From positions 101,432,001-101,496,000 of the forward strand of contig CM052816.1 of assembly GCA_028534125.1 (NCBI GenBank): a stretch of DNA of 64,000 bases. Reading direction: 5' to 3'. A program made the translations under genes and the position numbers. Origin of the DNA: Lama glama. Taxonomy: Eukaryota. Positions 32,111-44,759 of the stretch are shown in pieces; within the stretch, counting starts at the first letter, position 1, and each line of letters begins with the position of its first letter. The notes below the pieces were generated by a model. The model worked only from the letters and a program-made list of their open reading frames with translations. It did not search any database and was not told the origin of the DNA.

Positions 32111-34829
32111 GCTCTGATTGATGGAAGCAAAGCGTTCGCCCCCGCCCCCCACCCCCCGAGCCCCAGGGCTTGTGGTGCCACCCCTTCCCAGCGGTTCTTT
32201 CCCGACCTCTCACACACCAGCAGAGCAGCCCCCAGCAGGGACCTGGGTGCTCCCCGACTCTCTGCAAACCCCTCCCCTCCAGTGGGTCGCCAGGGCCCTC
32301 AGGAGCTGTCTGGTTCCCCTGTTCCACACCACGGCCTCCAGGCTGCAGCTTTAATCTGGGCACCTGGCTGGGTTCCTTCCTCCGGGGAATCGCCACCTGG
32401 CACTAACTCGCGTCTGAAAATCACACACACAGCCCCCCAGCTTGGCTGGGTTAAACACCCCTCAGCATCAGCTTTTCAGGCAGCTCGGGCAGGACCCCCC
32501 ACCAGCCCATTCCCAGGCACACATGGCCCGTCAGCACCGATGCCTGTGGAGTCCGGACCCAGGACTTTACCTCCCACGACATCCTTTCACTGCCCTCCCT
32601 CCTCACCCACAAACCAGCACTTCTGATCTCACACGTCAGTGGGAAGACCCAAGGCACTGACTGTCCCTCCCACACTCCCTGCAGCAGAGTCCACTGCAGA
32701 TTACAAATCAGGGCCTCACAGTGTCCTGGCCAATTTCATCTGTGGTGCGAGGTGGCTTCCCGGCAGCCCTCCTGCTGCTCTGCCAACAAACCTCTGTGCG
32801 CGAGAAGCAGGTGGCGGTGGGTCTCCTGGGCCCCAGGAGCACCAAGAGTGGCCTCCCCCTGCTCGTGGCCCTGGCAAGGAAGGAGGTGGTCGGTGCCCCC
32901 GAATGCCTCCACACGTGCACGTCTGGGTGCGTCACCTGCCGCGCAAAAGCAGGAACTGCAGAACCCTAGTGCTACAATCTGCTTGGCTTTCTTACATCTG
33001 AAAAGCCTCCTGCCAATTTAAAAACCAAAGCCTCTAGAGTGTTCAAAAATGAGCAGGGTTTGCACATGCCCTCAGGACACTCATTGTGCCCACCTCGGTG
33101 ATGAGGCCTTGACAGGAGTGACACCCGCCAAGATGGCCTGGGCTCTCCGCCTCCAAACTCCAGCCACAGAGGAAGGAGACATGGGGCTTGCTGGATGCCA
33201 AATGGTGCTTTCTGGAGCCGTGCTGTCCACGTGGCATGCATTTACATTTATTAAAGTGAGACCACATTAGAAATCGGCTCCCTGCCACACTAGCCATGTT
33301 CCAAGCACAGACGTGGCCAGCGGTGACTGTCGAGGGCATGGTGGATATAGGCCACGCCCGGTCCCGCTGGACAGCGCCTCCCAGGAGCATCCGTTCCACC
33401 TCCCAGCTACCAGCAGGGACGCTGGGCCTTGAGACACACAGACTGGCCGAGGCCACAGAGATTGCTGGCTGGGCTGCAGCCCCACAGCAGGGCTCCCCCC
33501 ACCAACACCCTGCCTGCAGCTCACAGGATGGCACCTGCAACAGCTTCTGGGAGGGACCACGGCAGTCCAACCTCCCCCAGGTTCCTGGCCAGAGGCAGTA
33601 AGGTCAAGATTGCTTCCAAATACAGAGGCCCTGATGTCTGACCTGCTACTTGGCAAAAAGGTGCTGGAAGCCCGCTGGGAGTGGACCAGCGTTGGCCACA
33701 GTGCTCTCAGCAGGCGCTGTCCAGGTCCTGGCCGTCCACCGTGGTGTGGAGCCCACCCTGCACCCCATCTCAACCTCCAGGAGGGGGCTATCGATGCACG
33801 GAGCCCACCTGGGCTGCTCGGGAGGCAGTGGGGGGACCGCAGGCTCCGGACAAGTGACTGTGAGCTGACCAAGGGTGAACTGCGGCCGGCAGGGAAGGTG
33901 CCCACACCCATCAGGAGCAAGTTCCTCCAGTGAAGAGAGGACATTTATCTGCAGCTTGCATGGGGCTGGCGGCTCAGGAGGCTTCTGGGTTCCCAGAGGA
34001 CTTACGGGCCAAGTGCAGTTGTGTCCCAGTCTTCATGGGCCCCTGCAGTGTGGAACCCTGCTCCGCACCACGAAAACAGGTTCCAGACTCTCAGGCACAC
34101 GAAAGGCCAGTCCTGAAGCCCCCAGAGCAAGCAGGTCCACCCCAACGGGCAAGGCCTTGCTGAGCAAGGCCCAGGAAGGTCTGCAGCCCAGCCCACCCGG
34201 GGCCTTGCAGCTGTGTCTGCTTGGAGCCTCACCCAGCCGAGACCTTCATAACCCGCCTGGTTGAGCAGCTTACTCAGCCTACAGCAGACCCCCAAGGTCT
34301 CCTTCTCAAGCGAAGTAATTCAATGCTCTTAAAATGGCTGCAAGCTAATCAAATTGTTTCAAATGCAGACACAGCCACATCCACAACCCGGCTTTTAACA
34401 ACCTGGGTGTGGACTGAGCTGGGCTGGGCTGGGCTCTCGGCGAGGCCCTGCCAGCCACCTTCCCCTCCAGGCCGGCTGCACAGAATCAGGAATCCGTCTC
34501 AGAGAGGCGACAGGCTGGGAGCCGTGACTGGGAGCTAAACGGTGACTGTCCCTGAGTTGCTGCCATGACATAGAACTTATCTTCATGCTACAAGTGTGGG
34601 GCCGGTTTCCTGGGCCTAGAAGTCGATCCAGAGATACAGTCGTAAATCAGCAAATACTAAAATGGAGCAACTCTGCCGCTCGTGGGGACACTTGGGGCGG
34701 CCTCAGAATAAGGATCTCAGATGGACGCATCACCTGAAGATGCACAGATCCGGTCAGAAGAGCCTTGCTGCCGGCGCTCCTTGTCCAAGCCCCTTCCACG
34801 TCTGAGTGGAATCCCGGTGCCAGACACCA

Positions 34830-35229
34830 TTCTCCCAGTGCCCCGCAAACCCACACCCACCCGGAACCTCAGAGTGTGGCCTCACCTGGAGACGGGCTGG
34901 CCTCTGTAGCTGTGATTGGCTGAGTACAGGCCCCTGATCCAATGATGGGGTCCCCGTAAGGAGAGGAGAGACACAGAAATGCAAAGGAGAAGCCACATAG
35001 AGACGGAGGCAGAGACCACAGAGATGTGGCCACACATCCAGGGACGCCTGGAACCCGGCAGCTGGAAGAGGCAGGAAGGACCCTCCCCCGGGGCCTCGGA
35101 GGGAGTGCGGCCCTGCCGACAGCTTGATGTCGGGCTTCTGGCCCCCAGAACCAAGAGACAGGAAGGAGCTGCTGCCTTAGGCCACCCAGTTCGTGGTTTC
35201 CGTCACAGCTGCCCCAGGACCTCAAAACA
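34830..35229 (+). mobile_element. MaLR LTR relic (MLT1-like)
   Basis: ggaacctcagagtgtggcc...ggagggagtgcggccctgccgacagcttgat...cttctggcccccagaac...cacagctgccccagg. Confidence 0.75.
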
Positions 35230-38200
35230 GGGAGCCTGAGGCTGCTTTTTCACATAATTACTTCAAAACATTTAATTTTAAGGCATTCCTAACCTTGATT
35301 AGCTATCAAAGTCCCAGAAACTCCAGGATAATCTACCTTCAAACGTCCAGTGTCTTCTGACCACAAGTGAGACCAGGGGTCCAGCTCCCCGCAGGAGGAA
35401 TCACCCAAAGCCTCCAGGAGGAAGCGGCAAGCCCTGGGACGGCCAGGGCCCCCGGCCTCCGGGCGGGGTTGGCCAACCTCCCACAGGTCTGGACATAAAG
35501 GAGAGGAGCTGGGGAGAAGGGGGAGGGGGAGGGGAGAGGCCAGGAGCTGCAGAGAGACCCCAGCAGGCACGGCGAGGCCGTGGGTGTGGGAAGCACCCAG
35601 CCCGCGGGCTCTCTGCCTTCCAGTCAGGGCAGGAACTCAGGGCTCAGAGGGAGCTTCTGGGGGGTGGGGGCCTTCACGAGCGCTGCTGGAGGGGGCAGGG
35701 GAATGGCGCAGAGGCAGCCGCCCTTCTCCAGGCACAGCAGCCAGCAGGATTACAGCCAGCTCTAGCTCTGGACACTGGAACCAGAAAGCCAGGCACGCGG
35801 CCCCTCCCCGGCCCCACCTCCCAGAAGCCCTTCCAGGGGGACCTCCGGGAAGCAGGGGACCCTGGCGGGGAGCAGCGACGCTCAGGCAGCTCCCGCAGCC
35901 GGGGTGCAGCGGCCGCCTGGCCGGGGTGGAGGAGCGTTTGGTCAGAGTGGCTGTGGGAGCCCCTGATGTTTGCGGACCAGGCCTTCCTCAGTCCTCTCTC
36001 CCCAGGAGACCCCATCCTGGGGACGCACTGGTTCAGGGACTCAAGCCACTGGCCTGGTCTGGACAGCAGAGCCAAGAACGCCAGGTGACACTGGGGTGAG
36101 CGATGTGGAGAGAGTGCATCTCGGGGTGGACAAACAGACAGCCCAAGTGTCGGGACCAGGGGATGTGGAGGGGCCTGAGGAGGGGTGGAGCCTGGAGAAA
36201 AGCACAGCGAAATGGTTGTTAATAAAGTGCCAGGAAAAGGAGCCCAGGGGCCGAGGCCGAGAGCGGGCATGGCCTCGTGTTCTCAGGCCACACGGACACC
36301 TCACGCTCGGCTGTCACAGAGGGACAGCCCAGCAGCGGTGGGGCCGGTACGGGGTGGACGTGGAGGGGGCCAGGGTAGGGGGAGGTGGAAGCCAGTTCTG
36401 AGCTGAGAAAACCTTGTGGCCTGTTAGGGCTGCTGTGCCCCGAGTTCCTGAGGACGTGGCCGTGTGTGGGGTTGGGATCACTGCAGAGGTCCTCACTTAG
36501 GACAAGGTCACGAGGGTGGACCCTGCTCCGCAGGCTGTTCTGACAAAGAGGACATCACGTCTCGGGAACGACCCTGTGCGGACGGCCCGGCAGGAGGGCC
36601 TGGACCCCTGGATCCCCAGCCCCCAGGACCGGGACGAGGAGTTCCTGCTGTGACTGTGGCCCCAGGAAACCCAGACACAGCCGGACGCCAAGGCCACCTC
36701 CCCTGGGAAGCTCACACCAGCCGGGTTTTCTGCTGTGACACTGGCAGCCCCACCCCCACACGCAGAGTGTCCACGGGCGCCTTGCTGGATGGAAAGGGCA
36801 CTGGGCCCGCTGAGGAGAGCACACCCACGCATGGTCCTGGGCTGTCACCAGCACGACGGCCAGGCAGGGCTGGGCCCTCCCCCTCCTCGGGGCCACCCAG
36901 ACGGCCAGGACCTACGCCCAGGAGAGGGCTCCACAGGGATCCACATGCCAGGCCTGCCTCGGGCTGGGGGAGGTTCCTGGAGAACTTCCAGATGCCACAG
37001 GCTTTTCTTCCAAACCCAGCGAGTTTCTGATGCGGGCGTCGCCGACGGCGACACTGTGCAGCCAACCCAGATGGCTCCCCTCGAGCCTCGGCCGCCGCAC
37101 AGACTCGTGAGCGGGACTGCACTCTGGCCCGGCCGGGACTGGTGTCGGCAAACCCAGCCTCTGCTAAGGCTGCGGCTGCCACAGCTTCCTTTCTTCAGGG
37201 AGGAGGAGGGGCAGGGGCCCCTGCGACCTCACGCCTGCCATGTCTGCTTGGGCACCTGGCTCCTTGGGGGCTGCCAACCCCAGGGGGTGGGCACAGCGCC
37301 CTCTGGCCTGGAGCGCCTGGTGTGAGAGCCGAGACGGTGCCTGGCTGCACGCCGCGCTGACACCTGCGTCTGGATCTGCGCTCACACCCCCTTAACAGCG
37401 GGCATGGTTGGCCAGACAGCTCCCAGGGCCGAGGGCTGACTTCTGAAGACTGCAAACCAGCATCGATTGTTAAAGGAAACATCAACAGAACCCCCCAAAG
37501 TCATCCAAACGCCTTTTCCCCACATAAAGATGAGGAGAGAAGGGACAGGCACTGCCTGGACGCATCCCCGGGTGTCCTCACGTGGCCAGTCACATCCCTG
37601 ACGAGAGCAGGGTGACGTCAGGTCTCTCCTTTTACTTCGGGAAGTCGAACTCTCCGCTCACCCAGCAGCAAAGTCGGCTGTTACAGAGCCCGGCTTCAGT
37701 CCCACGGGCCCCTCCTCTCGCCGTGTGAGCTCCCGGCTCCAGAACTACGTCACCAGGGCAGGTGTCCCTGCGCTCCCGCATCCTCCTTCCATGAACAGCC
37801 CCTCACCTGCACCCGGGGCTCCTCGGGAGCAGCCCCCAAGTGCACACGCAGACGTGGAGGGCCCGTATCACGCAAGGCCTGCCCAGGAGAAAGCACGCCT
37901 TCACGTGCCGAAGCGACCCTGGCCACCAGGAAAGCATCTCGAGAGACCAGCATCTGGGGAGGAGCCCCCTCCAACCACCCTCCTACCGTGGGAGCCGGGC
38001 TCTGCCACCCGGCCTCTGCCCCCCACAGCCAGCGTGGGTCCACTGCCCCTGCCTGAGGTCGGGGTGCCCGGCAGCCTCTCCTGGTCCATGTCCCTGCACA
38101 CTCCTCACAGGCACCCCGGCGGGGCGGGGCTGCACACATGGTCTGGCCCGTCCACTTGCCCTCAGGCCCTCCTGGGCGTCAGATGCTCCTGGCTGCATGG

Positions 38201-40284
38201 CCACAGACGGCCCCACCTCCTGTACCCCCGCAACCCGGGGGTCTCTTCCCCGCAGACAGCAGCCACCCAGGTCTGCAGGTGCAGACACGAGGCAAAGGTC
38301 AGCCACTCGCCCTTGGAGACAGAGCAGCCGCCTCCCCCACGGGGTCCTCACCTCCAGGGGACCTCGTGGCTCTAGGGTCCCCCGCAGGCAGCCCCTATGG
38401 GCTAGTTGGGACAGCTTGGCGCATCCTCGGTCTAGTGGGTGCAGTGCGGCCATGGGCAGTTCCTAAAGCAGGGGTGGGGTGAGGGCACGGATGCCGCCCG
38501 ACCTTGGGAAGGACTCCCTGGCCTGATGTCAGTGCCCCCAAATCCAGATGAGCCCCCAGCCTCCGTGTGTGTCCATGTCAGCCTCGCTCATGACTGGGCC
38601 AAACAGGGCTGCCAGTACCCAAGGACCAGTGCATAGTGGGCTCCTAAGAGAAAATGACGCTCTCTGGCAGGTCCTGGCATGGCGTCCAGACACCCTACAC
38701 GGGCTGGGACTCTAGAGGTCACAGCGTCCCCAGAGCGCAGGTCGTGGAAGATCAGGGGCCAGCCTGTGGAGCCGCACTGTGGCCACAGTGCTCACTGCCT
38801 GCCTGCTGAATGCCACACAGGCAACATCACTCCTTCCGAGCGGCGGCCAGACGGCATCTAGAAGGCAGGACACGCACACGCACACGCTGTCCCGCCCTGT
38901 GCCTCCTGCCAGCGCGTGGTCACTCCCCGCACCACGGCTCTGTGCTGACTGGGGACTGGGTGGCGTCCGGGCCATGTGTGAAGCCACGGGGAGTCCCACC
39001 CCCAACTCAAGTCTCAGTTGAAACGAGCCTCCAGAGTTGGCTGGAAGGTCCCCTTTTCAGGCTTACTTAACAGAAATCTGTTCTATTCACAACAAAATCT
39101 CAATTGTTACTGGTGACTCCTGTTTTCTGAACTATCCCGCCCCTCAGGGAGTGCTGGAGAAATCAGACGGGGACGTGGGGAGCGAGTGTGTGCGGAGAAG
39201 GACGAACTCCCAGGACAGGGACAGCCAACCTCCACAGAGCCTCGCCAGGACCCCCGCTGCTCGGTGCCGACCCCACCAGTAACCCTGACCCCGGCTGCTC
39301 CGCTGCCATGAGCCCGCCCCGCGCTCCTCATAAGTTTAGTGCAGCACAAGTGCCAGGTCAGGCACGCCGCTTCCTAGACCCTGGGCCACTCCTGCCACCA
39401 TCCTCATCACCCCCACACCCGGCACAGTGCTGACCCTCTGGGGGTACCTGGCAATGGAGTGATACGGCGCAGCTCAGGATCGACAAGGACTCCTCCAGGT
39501 GGTGAGGCAGGCAGTCCACCCACCCAGAAAACACCAACACCGATCAGAGATTGCTTCAGACGTGCGCCAAGCCGGCACCGGGAGCCAGCACCAACAACCA
39601 TGGGCAAAACCAGCCTCATCTCCTCTATTCCTGGGGGCGCGGGCGAGGGCAGGCGAGAGCCAGTTACCTGCTGGACACTCACGTGACCTCCGCCAGGTCA
39701 CTTGCCACAGTTCTTGTGCCAACGCCACCCACCAGGGTTGACCTGCAGGGAAGCACCTTCAGGAGAGGAGGATGTGTCCCCTCTTGGGCCCCAGGCAGAC
39801 GGCACTGGGTGCTGGCCTTCCCCAAGCATCACCTGGGGAGGCAGGGACAGTGGACGGGGCTCTGGACACCACACGAAGAGCAGGGCCAGAAGAGGGAGGG
39901 AGGGAAGACGCGACAGCCCAGTGTCCTCTGACTGAGCACCAGGGCAGAACCAGGGGTGGCGGGCAAGGGAGGGGACAGGGACACAGCAGCGAGGTGCCTG
40001 TGTGTGCTGGGGTGAGGGGCACCTGGGCCAGGAGTTCTAAACCACAGCCCCGTGCCCAAATGAGGGAAAGATGGGAGAAGGTGGAAAAAGAAAAAATGTA
40101 TTTTACTTAAAGGACCATCTATTGTTCTGAGATTTGGCCTTCCTACATCATGGTGTTAGAAGAACCTGTCACCAGCCGGGGCTGTCTCACTTCGCCGGCG
40201 GCCCAAACAACCCAGACTGACTCACGCCTGGTAAGCCCCTTTCTGACCCAGAGGCTGCCTTCTGGCTATGACCTCTCGTGGCGA

Positions 40285-40445
40285 CAGGACAAGGGAGCCC
40301 TTTGGGGTCTTCATTGGGCACGCAGCCCAACATGAGGGCTCTTCCCTCAGGTCCCAACACCTCCTGGAAGGACCCCCCGACACCATGACACTGGGGGTTT
40401 CCAACATGAATTTTGGGGGAAAACACACATTCAGACCACAGCAGA
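40285..40445 (-). mobile_element. MaLR LTR fragment (MLT1A/MST-like)
   Basis: tttccaacatgaattttgggggaaaacacacattcagaccacagca matches the reverse complement of a MaLR LTR start. Confidence 0.65.
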
Positions 40446-41752
40446 GAACAGAATAATAAGGGAAAAACCCAAGCCACACGCCTCACCACTCCCGAAAAAG
40501 CCCCAAGCGGGCGGTCCCCGTGGGCCTAGAAGAACAGCACAGCCCCGTCCCTGCCACCTCGCAGTTTCCAAGGGCGTGCTCTCCGTGAGCCCGCCGCCCT
40601 AGGGAAGCCCTGCCTTGGTGCGGGGGCCGCCCCGCTGCACCGCGGCCAGACTCCCGTTCACAAGCACGCTGCCCGCGATTCCAGGGCCTGAATGGACAGT
40701 GCAGGCCATGGTGCTCACGCCTCCCAAGAAGGCCGCAGGCCCACGGCTGGCAGAACAGGGCCAGCCTACGCCGCTGACCACTGAATTCCTCGTAGCAGGA
40801 GGACCGAGCTGTAGGAGACACGCGCTGTTACCAACACCCACCTCCCAGGCAAACTGCATCAGTCAGAGGTCCCGCCCGATCCCAGGGGATGAGAAGCGCA
40901 AGTCTGTCCAACCTCACTAGATGGACCCAGCAAGTACTTTAAAACGTAGTTCCTACCTTCACACATGTGGGATTAAAACTCCACTCCCAGAAAGCAAGAA
41001 TCAACTCTAGTATGTGGTTTCAGGGCATATCTGGGCCCCTTCTCAGAATGCCACACCAGTGTTTACAGATACACTCAAAACTTATCATTTATCAGCTGGC
41101 CAGTAGAGTGTCCTTCTGTAAAGGGAGTGGACACGCCTGTGAGCTGGTGCTTTGTGGACTCCAGGGGTGGGTGGGGAGCAAGCAGTGGGCGAGGAGGGTC
41201 TCAGCCGTCTGTGTGGCCACCTACTTGAGCCCCATCTGACGTCCCCTTTTCTCCTCGTGGCCAGTGTGTGCAGTCTAGTTTCCCCAGGGCCCCTCTGGCA
41301 CCCCAGGCCGGGGCATTCTCTGCTTCTGGACAGACCACTTGAATGGGACCCCTGTGGCCCCTGCCGGCCCTGCTGTTTGGGTGGCCTCGGCTGTTCGTTT
41401 GGAGCCTGGCTTTCCCAGGAGCCTCCCTGCAGGCCAGCGGTCACCCACACGGCACATGAGCAGCAGGGTGGCCTTTAACTCTGCCTGACGTTGCTGTGCA
41501 GGACATCCATCCTAAAGGAAAGCAGGACTCAGCCCTGCTGTCCATTGTGCCAGAGGGGGATACTGAGGCCTGTGCCACTGGACCCCCGCCCGGGACCTGA
41601 AGGTGGGAAGGGACCGGCTCTCTTGGCCCAGCAGGAGTCACTCCCTCTCGGCCATCTGGGCCTTTGCCTTCTCAACCCAGGGTCCCAGCCAGGGGGGCAA
41701 CTGTGGTACTCACATCCACTGGCCTCAGTGGGGCCAGGCCCACCACGCCTAC

Positions 41753-41853
41753 CTGCTTGTCCCTCGCACTGTGCTCTGCGCAGCCGCCGCGCTGCTCCAC
41801 CTCCTCCATGCCTCTGCGGCCACTCCTGTACGCAGACACCACAAAGCTGTCTC
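41753..41853 (-). CDS. NKD2: NKD2 exon 3
   Basis: 101 nt; (G)DSFVVSAYRSGRRGMEEVEQRGGCAEHSARDKQ; ccgcag/gtaggc boundaries; followed by a 21.3-kb intron. Confidence 0.93.
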
Positions 41854-42153
41854 CTGCGGCCCCGTGGGCGGACGCGCGGGAAACAGGGCACCGAGAAGGG
41901 AAGGAGACGCGCAGTGAGGCCCGGGGGCGCTGCGACTTGGCGATGCCCCACCGCCCAGCGCGCCCACCCGTCTCCGCGGGGGCCTGGGACGCAGGGCTCA
42001 GGCGTGCGCCGGGGTCGGGGTCTGGGACCGGAGCGGCGCAGGCTGCGCGCTCCCAGAGGCCCCGCGGCACCGTCCCCCAACCCGAGGGCTCGAGGGCAGG
42101 GCCCGCGTCGTGCTCTGGCCCCGGGTCCCGCCCGGGCCGCCCGGCGCGCTCAC

Positions 42154-42189
42154 CTTCGGGGCTCTCTCTCCGCTTGAAGGCTGCGGCGG
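42154..42189 (-). CDS. NKD2: NKD2 exon 2
   Basis: 36 nt; (A)AAAFKRRESPE(G); ccgcag/gtgagc boundaries. Confidence 0.92.
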
Positions 42190-42287
42190 CTGCGGCGCGG
42201 CCGGACGGCAGGGGGAGAGGGGAAGGGACAGTGAGTGGCCGGCGCCCGCCGCCCGCCCGCCCTCCCGCCCGCCGGCCCGCATCTCAC

Positions 42288-42312
42288 CGTGCTTGGACTG
42301 GAATTTCCCCAT
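42288..42312 (-). CDS. NKD2: NKD2 exon 1 coding part; N-myristoylation motif MGKFQSKH
   Basis: GAC ATG G Kozak context at 42312; donor gtgaga; the 10 exons sum to 1389 nt = 462 aa + stop. Confidence 0.95.
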
Positions 42313-42472
42313 GTCTCCCCCGGGCCCCGGCCCGCCCGCGCTCCCGGCGCCGCGCTCAGGTGCGGGTCTGGGGTCCAGCGCGGGGGCCAGGCGTCCGCGG
42401 CGGCCGCAGGGACCCGGCGGGCGCGGGTCGGGTGCAGCCGCGGGGCGCGGGGCGGGCGGGCCGGCGGGCGGG

Positions 42473-42553
<81 letters not shown>
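42473..42553. repeat. Pure (GGC)27 / (GCC)27 trinucleotide repeat, 160 nt upstream of the NKD2 ATG
   Basis: 81 bp of uninterrupted GGC. Confidence 0.97.
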
Positions 42554-43506
42554 CCTGCTCCCTCTGTGCGCGCGCGCCCGTGCCTGGGCTTTAACCGCGG
42601 CCCCCGCAGCGCCCCCCGCGGCCGCCGCCCGCAGCGCACCGGCCCCCCGGACTCGCGCCCGCCTCCAGCCCGGCCCGCCCACCTCCGCAGGGGAGCCCTG
42701 CCCAGTCCGGGCCCCCGCTGGGGCGCATGCCAAGCCGGGGACGTAGAGGGGACGGCGCCCGCCAACGACAAGGACCCGGGAAAAGCCGCCTATAAGGATG
42801 TTGGGGGCTGCAGTGGACTCCGCGGTCCTGCGCGGATGCTTTCAGGGGCAGCTCCCCACCCCCTCCCCCTCTCACCCCAGGTCAGGCACCCGCATCCTAC
42901 AGGAGCCCAAGGGCCCTCTGCAGGAGAGAACCCTGGGGCACCGCATCCCTGTCTGGCGGTGATGGTAGTGGGTCTCCTGGGGGGTGGGGGATGGGAGCCC
43001 ACGGGAGGCCCGTGGGGGAGAGTCGGCTGGAGGGACAGAGGACGGAAGAGGGGGTCTGTGGGAAAAACCAACTGCTACCCCTGGTCCGGCTAACGTCGAA
43101 CCGCTGGCTCCTTCCCGGAAGGTCCAGCTCCAGCCTCTCTACCTCACGTCAATCAAGGACAGGAAGGGACTGGGGTGGGACCCCAGGGTGGGTTTCCCCC
43201 TGCACTCCCTCTTCTTGGCCTTGGCTGAACTCCTGGGCAGTGGGGGGAGGGTGTCAGCCAAGCTGGGAGCCCCAGGCCTGGTCACCTGCCCTCGGCCTCC
43301 TCCACATGAGGGACGGGTGCACATTTCCTGAGTCTGCCTCCCTCCGGGAGTCCAGCTGCTCCGACCCCTCCCGCAGCTCCCTCTCAGCTCCTTCCCCTGC
43401 GATGGCCCCTACCTTCTCCGATCGCCTTGGGAGAAACCACCCCTTCTCACCTCCTCCTTGAACCCCAGCTTGCTACGCCCCTCACTTCACCTGAACACCC
43501 CCCACA

Positions 43507-43533
43507 ACACACACACACACACACACACACGCA
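43507..43533. repeat. (CA)n microsatellite
   Basis: acacacacacacacacacacacacgcac. Confidence 0.9.
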
Positions 43534-44759
43534 CCTGAATCTCCTGCAGCAGCTTTGACTCCGCAGATGCCGGTGACCCCGTGGTCACTCCCACATCTCC
43601 AGCTTTTTGGATGGCTCGCAGCCCTGGAGGTGGGCTGCCTGGGCCAAGGGCACACCCCACCCAGGCGTGGCCCGCCCCCTCCGTGGAGCTGGGCTTCCCC
43701 TGCTCACCGCTGCAGCCCCGCAGCTCACATCTAGCCAAGTCTGGGACCCAGGCGATTCACACACACCATCTGTCCAGCTTTCAGGCCATCAAGTTGCAGG
43801 TGTTGCTGTCAATTTTACTGCTGTCCAAAGTGCCATGTGATTCTCCCAGGTGCACCGCTGGCAGTGACAGACTGGAGACTGAGCTGGAGTCCTGTGCTGA
43901 CCCCCACCCTGGAACCAAGCCGCACACAGAGGCGTGAACTCAGGGCGTGGGAACAGTGCTATGGGCAGCCCAGCCTGCCAGCCCTTCCCACCATCCCTTC
44001 TGAAGGACCCAGCCACACTGTGGGCACTCTGGGCAAGCAGACCTCCCAGCACTGGGAGGCAGGGGTCTTGGGTGGACCTGCAGCCAGCCCAGTCTCTGAC
44101 CCTGGGGACAGCCGCCTTCCCCGTGGCACCCAACTCCAGGGTGAGATCCAAGACCCTCTCTCCCGGCCACGCTCCCATGCCCTTCCAGCCCTCTCTCGCT
44201 GCCTCCAACCCCCATGTGGCCTTTAACCCCCAATTTAGGATGTGATGGTTTGTCATCTTGTGGTTTCCTGGGTCCTATCCGTGTTTTTGTGACAATAATA
44301 GTAACAATGCCATTGTGCGTTATGGAAAGTGACAGCTGGGAGATTACAGCCCTTCCGAATGCAGTTTATATCCACGCCAGGCAGCAACTCAGCGATGGGC
44401 TTGCGACCCCGTGTGCGGATATATTCCTGGACAGAGCCGTGCGAGACGCCTGTGTGCTCACTGGTGCAGATGCTGTGAAGCCGGGTACCCCATGCCCCAC
44501 AGAGGGCTTGTTGGCTGGGACGCCCGTCCAGGTGTGTTAGCCGGACTGCTGAGTCTCATTCCTTCTGGCAGAGGCTCTGTGGATGTCAGGAGGTCTGGAG
44601 AAGGGGGACAGGAGAGCAACGGTCCTGGGATGGCGAGCAGAGTGAGGCTGGCCTGCCCTGAGCTGCTGGGCATCTGTCCTCACGTCCACCCGGTCACACA
44701 GCACTGGGTGGCAGAAACCTCACCCATGTTCCACATTGACCTGATACCTGTGACTGTTT

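Larger units (their letters stand above)
41780..42840. promoter_or_regulatory. CpG island and NKD2 promoter (boundaries approximate)
   Basis: Very high GC and CpG density over exons 1-3; GC boxes; TATA-like TTAAA on - strand at 42594-42590. Confidence 0.85.

Noticed and set aside
41664-43093. Poly-Ala, poly-Gly and poly-Arg ORFs on the + strand
   Set aside because: Products of the CpG island plus (GGC)27; no evidence of a separate gene, though antisense transcription cannot be excluded
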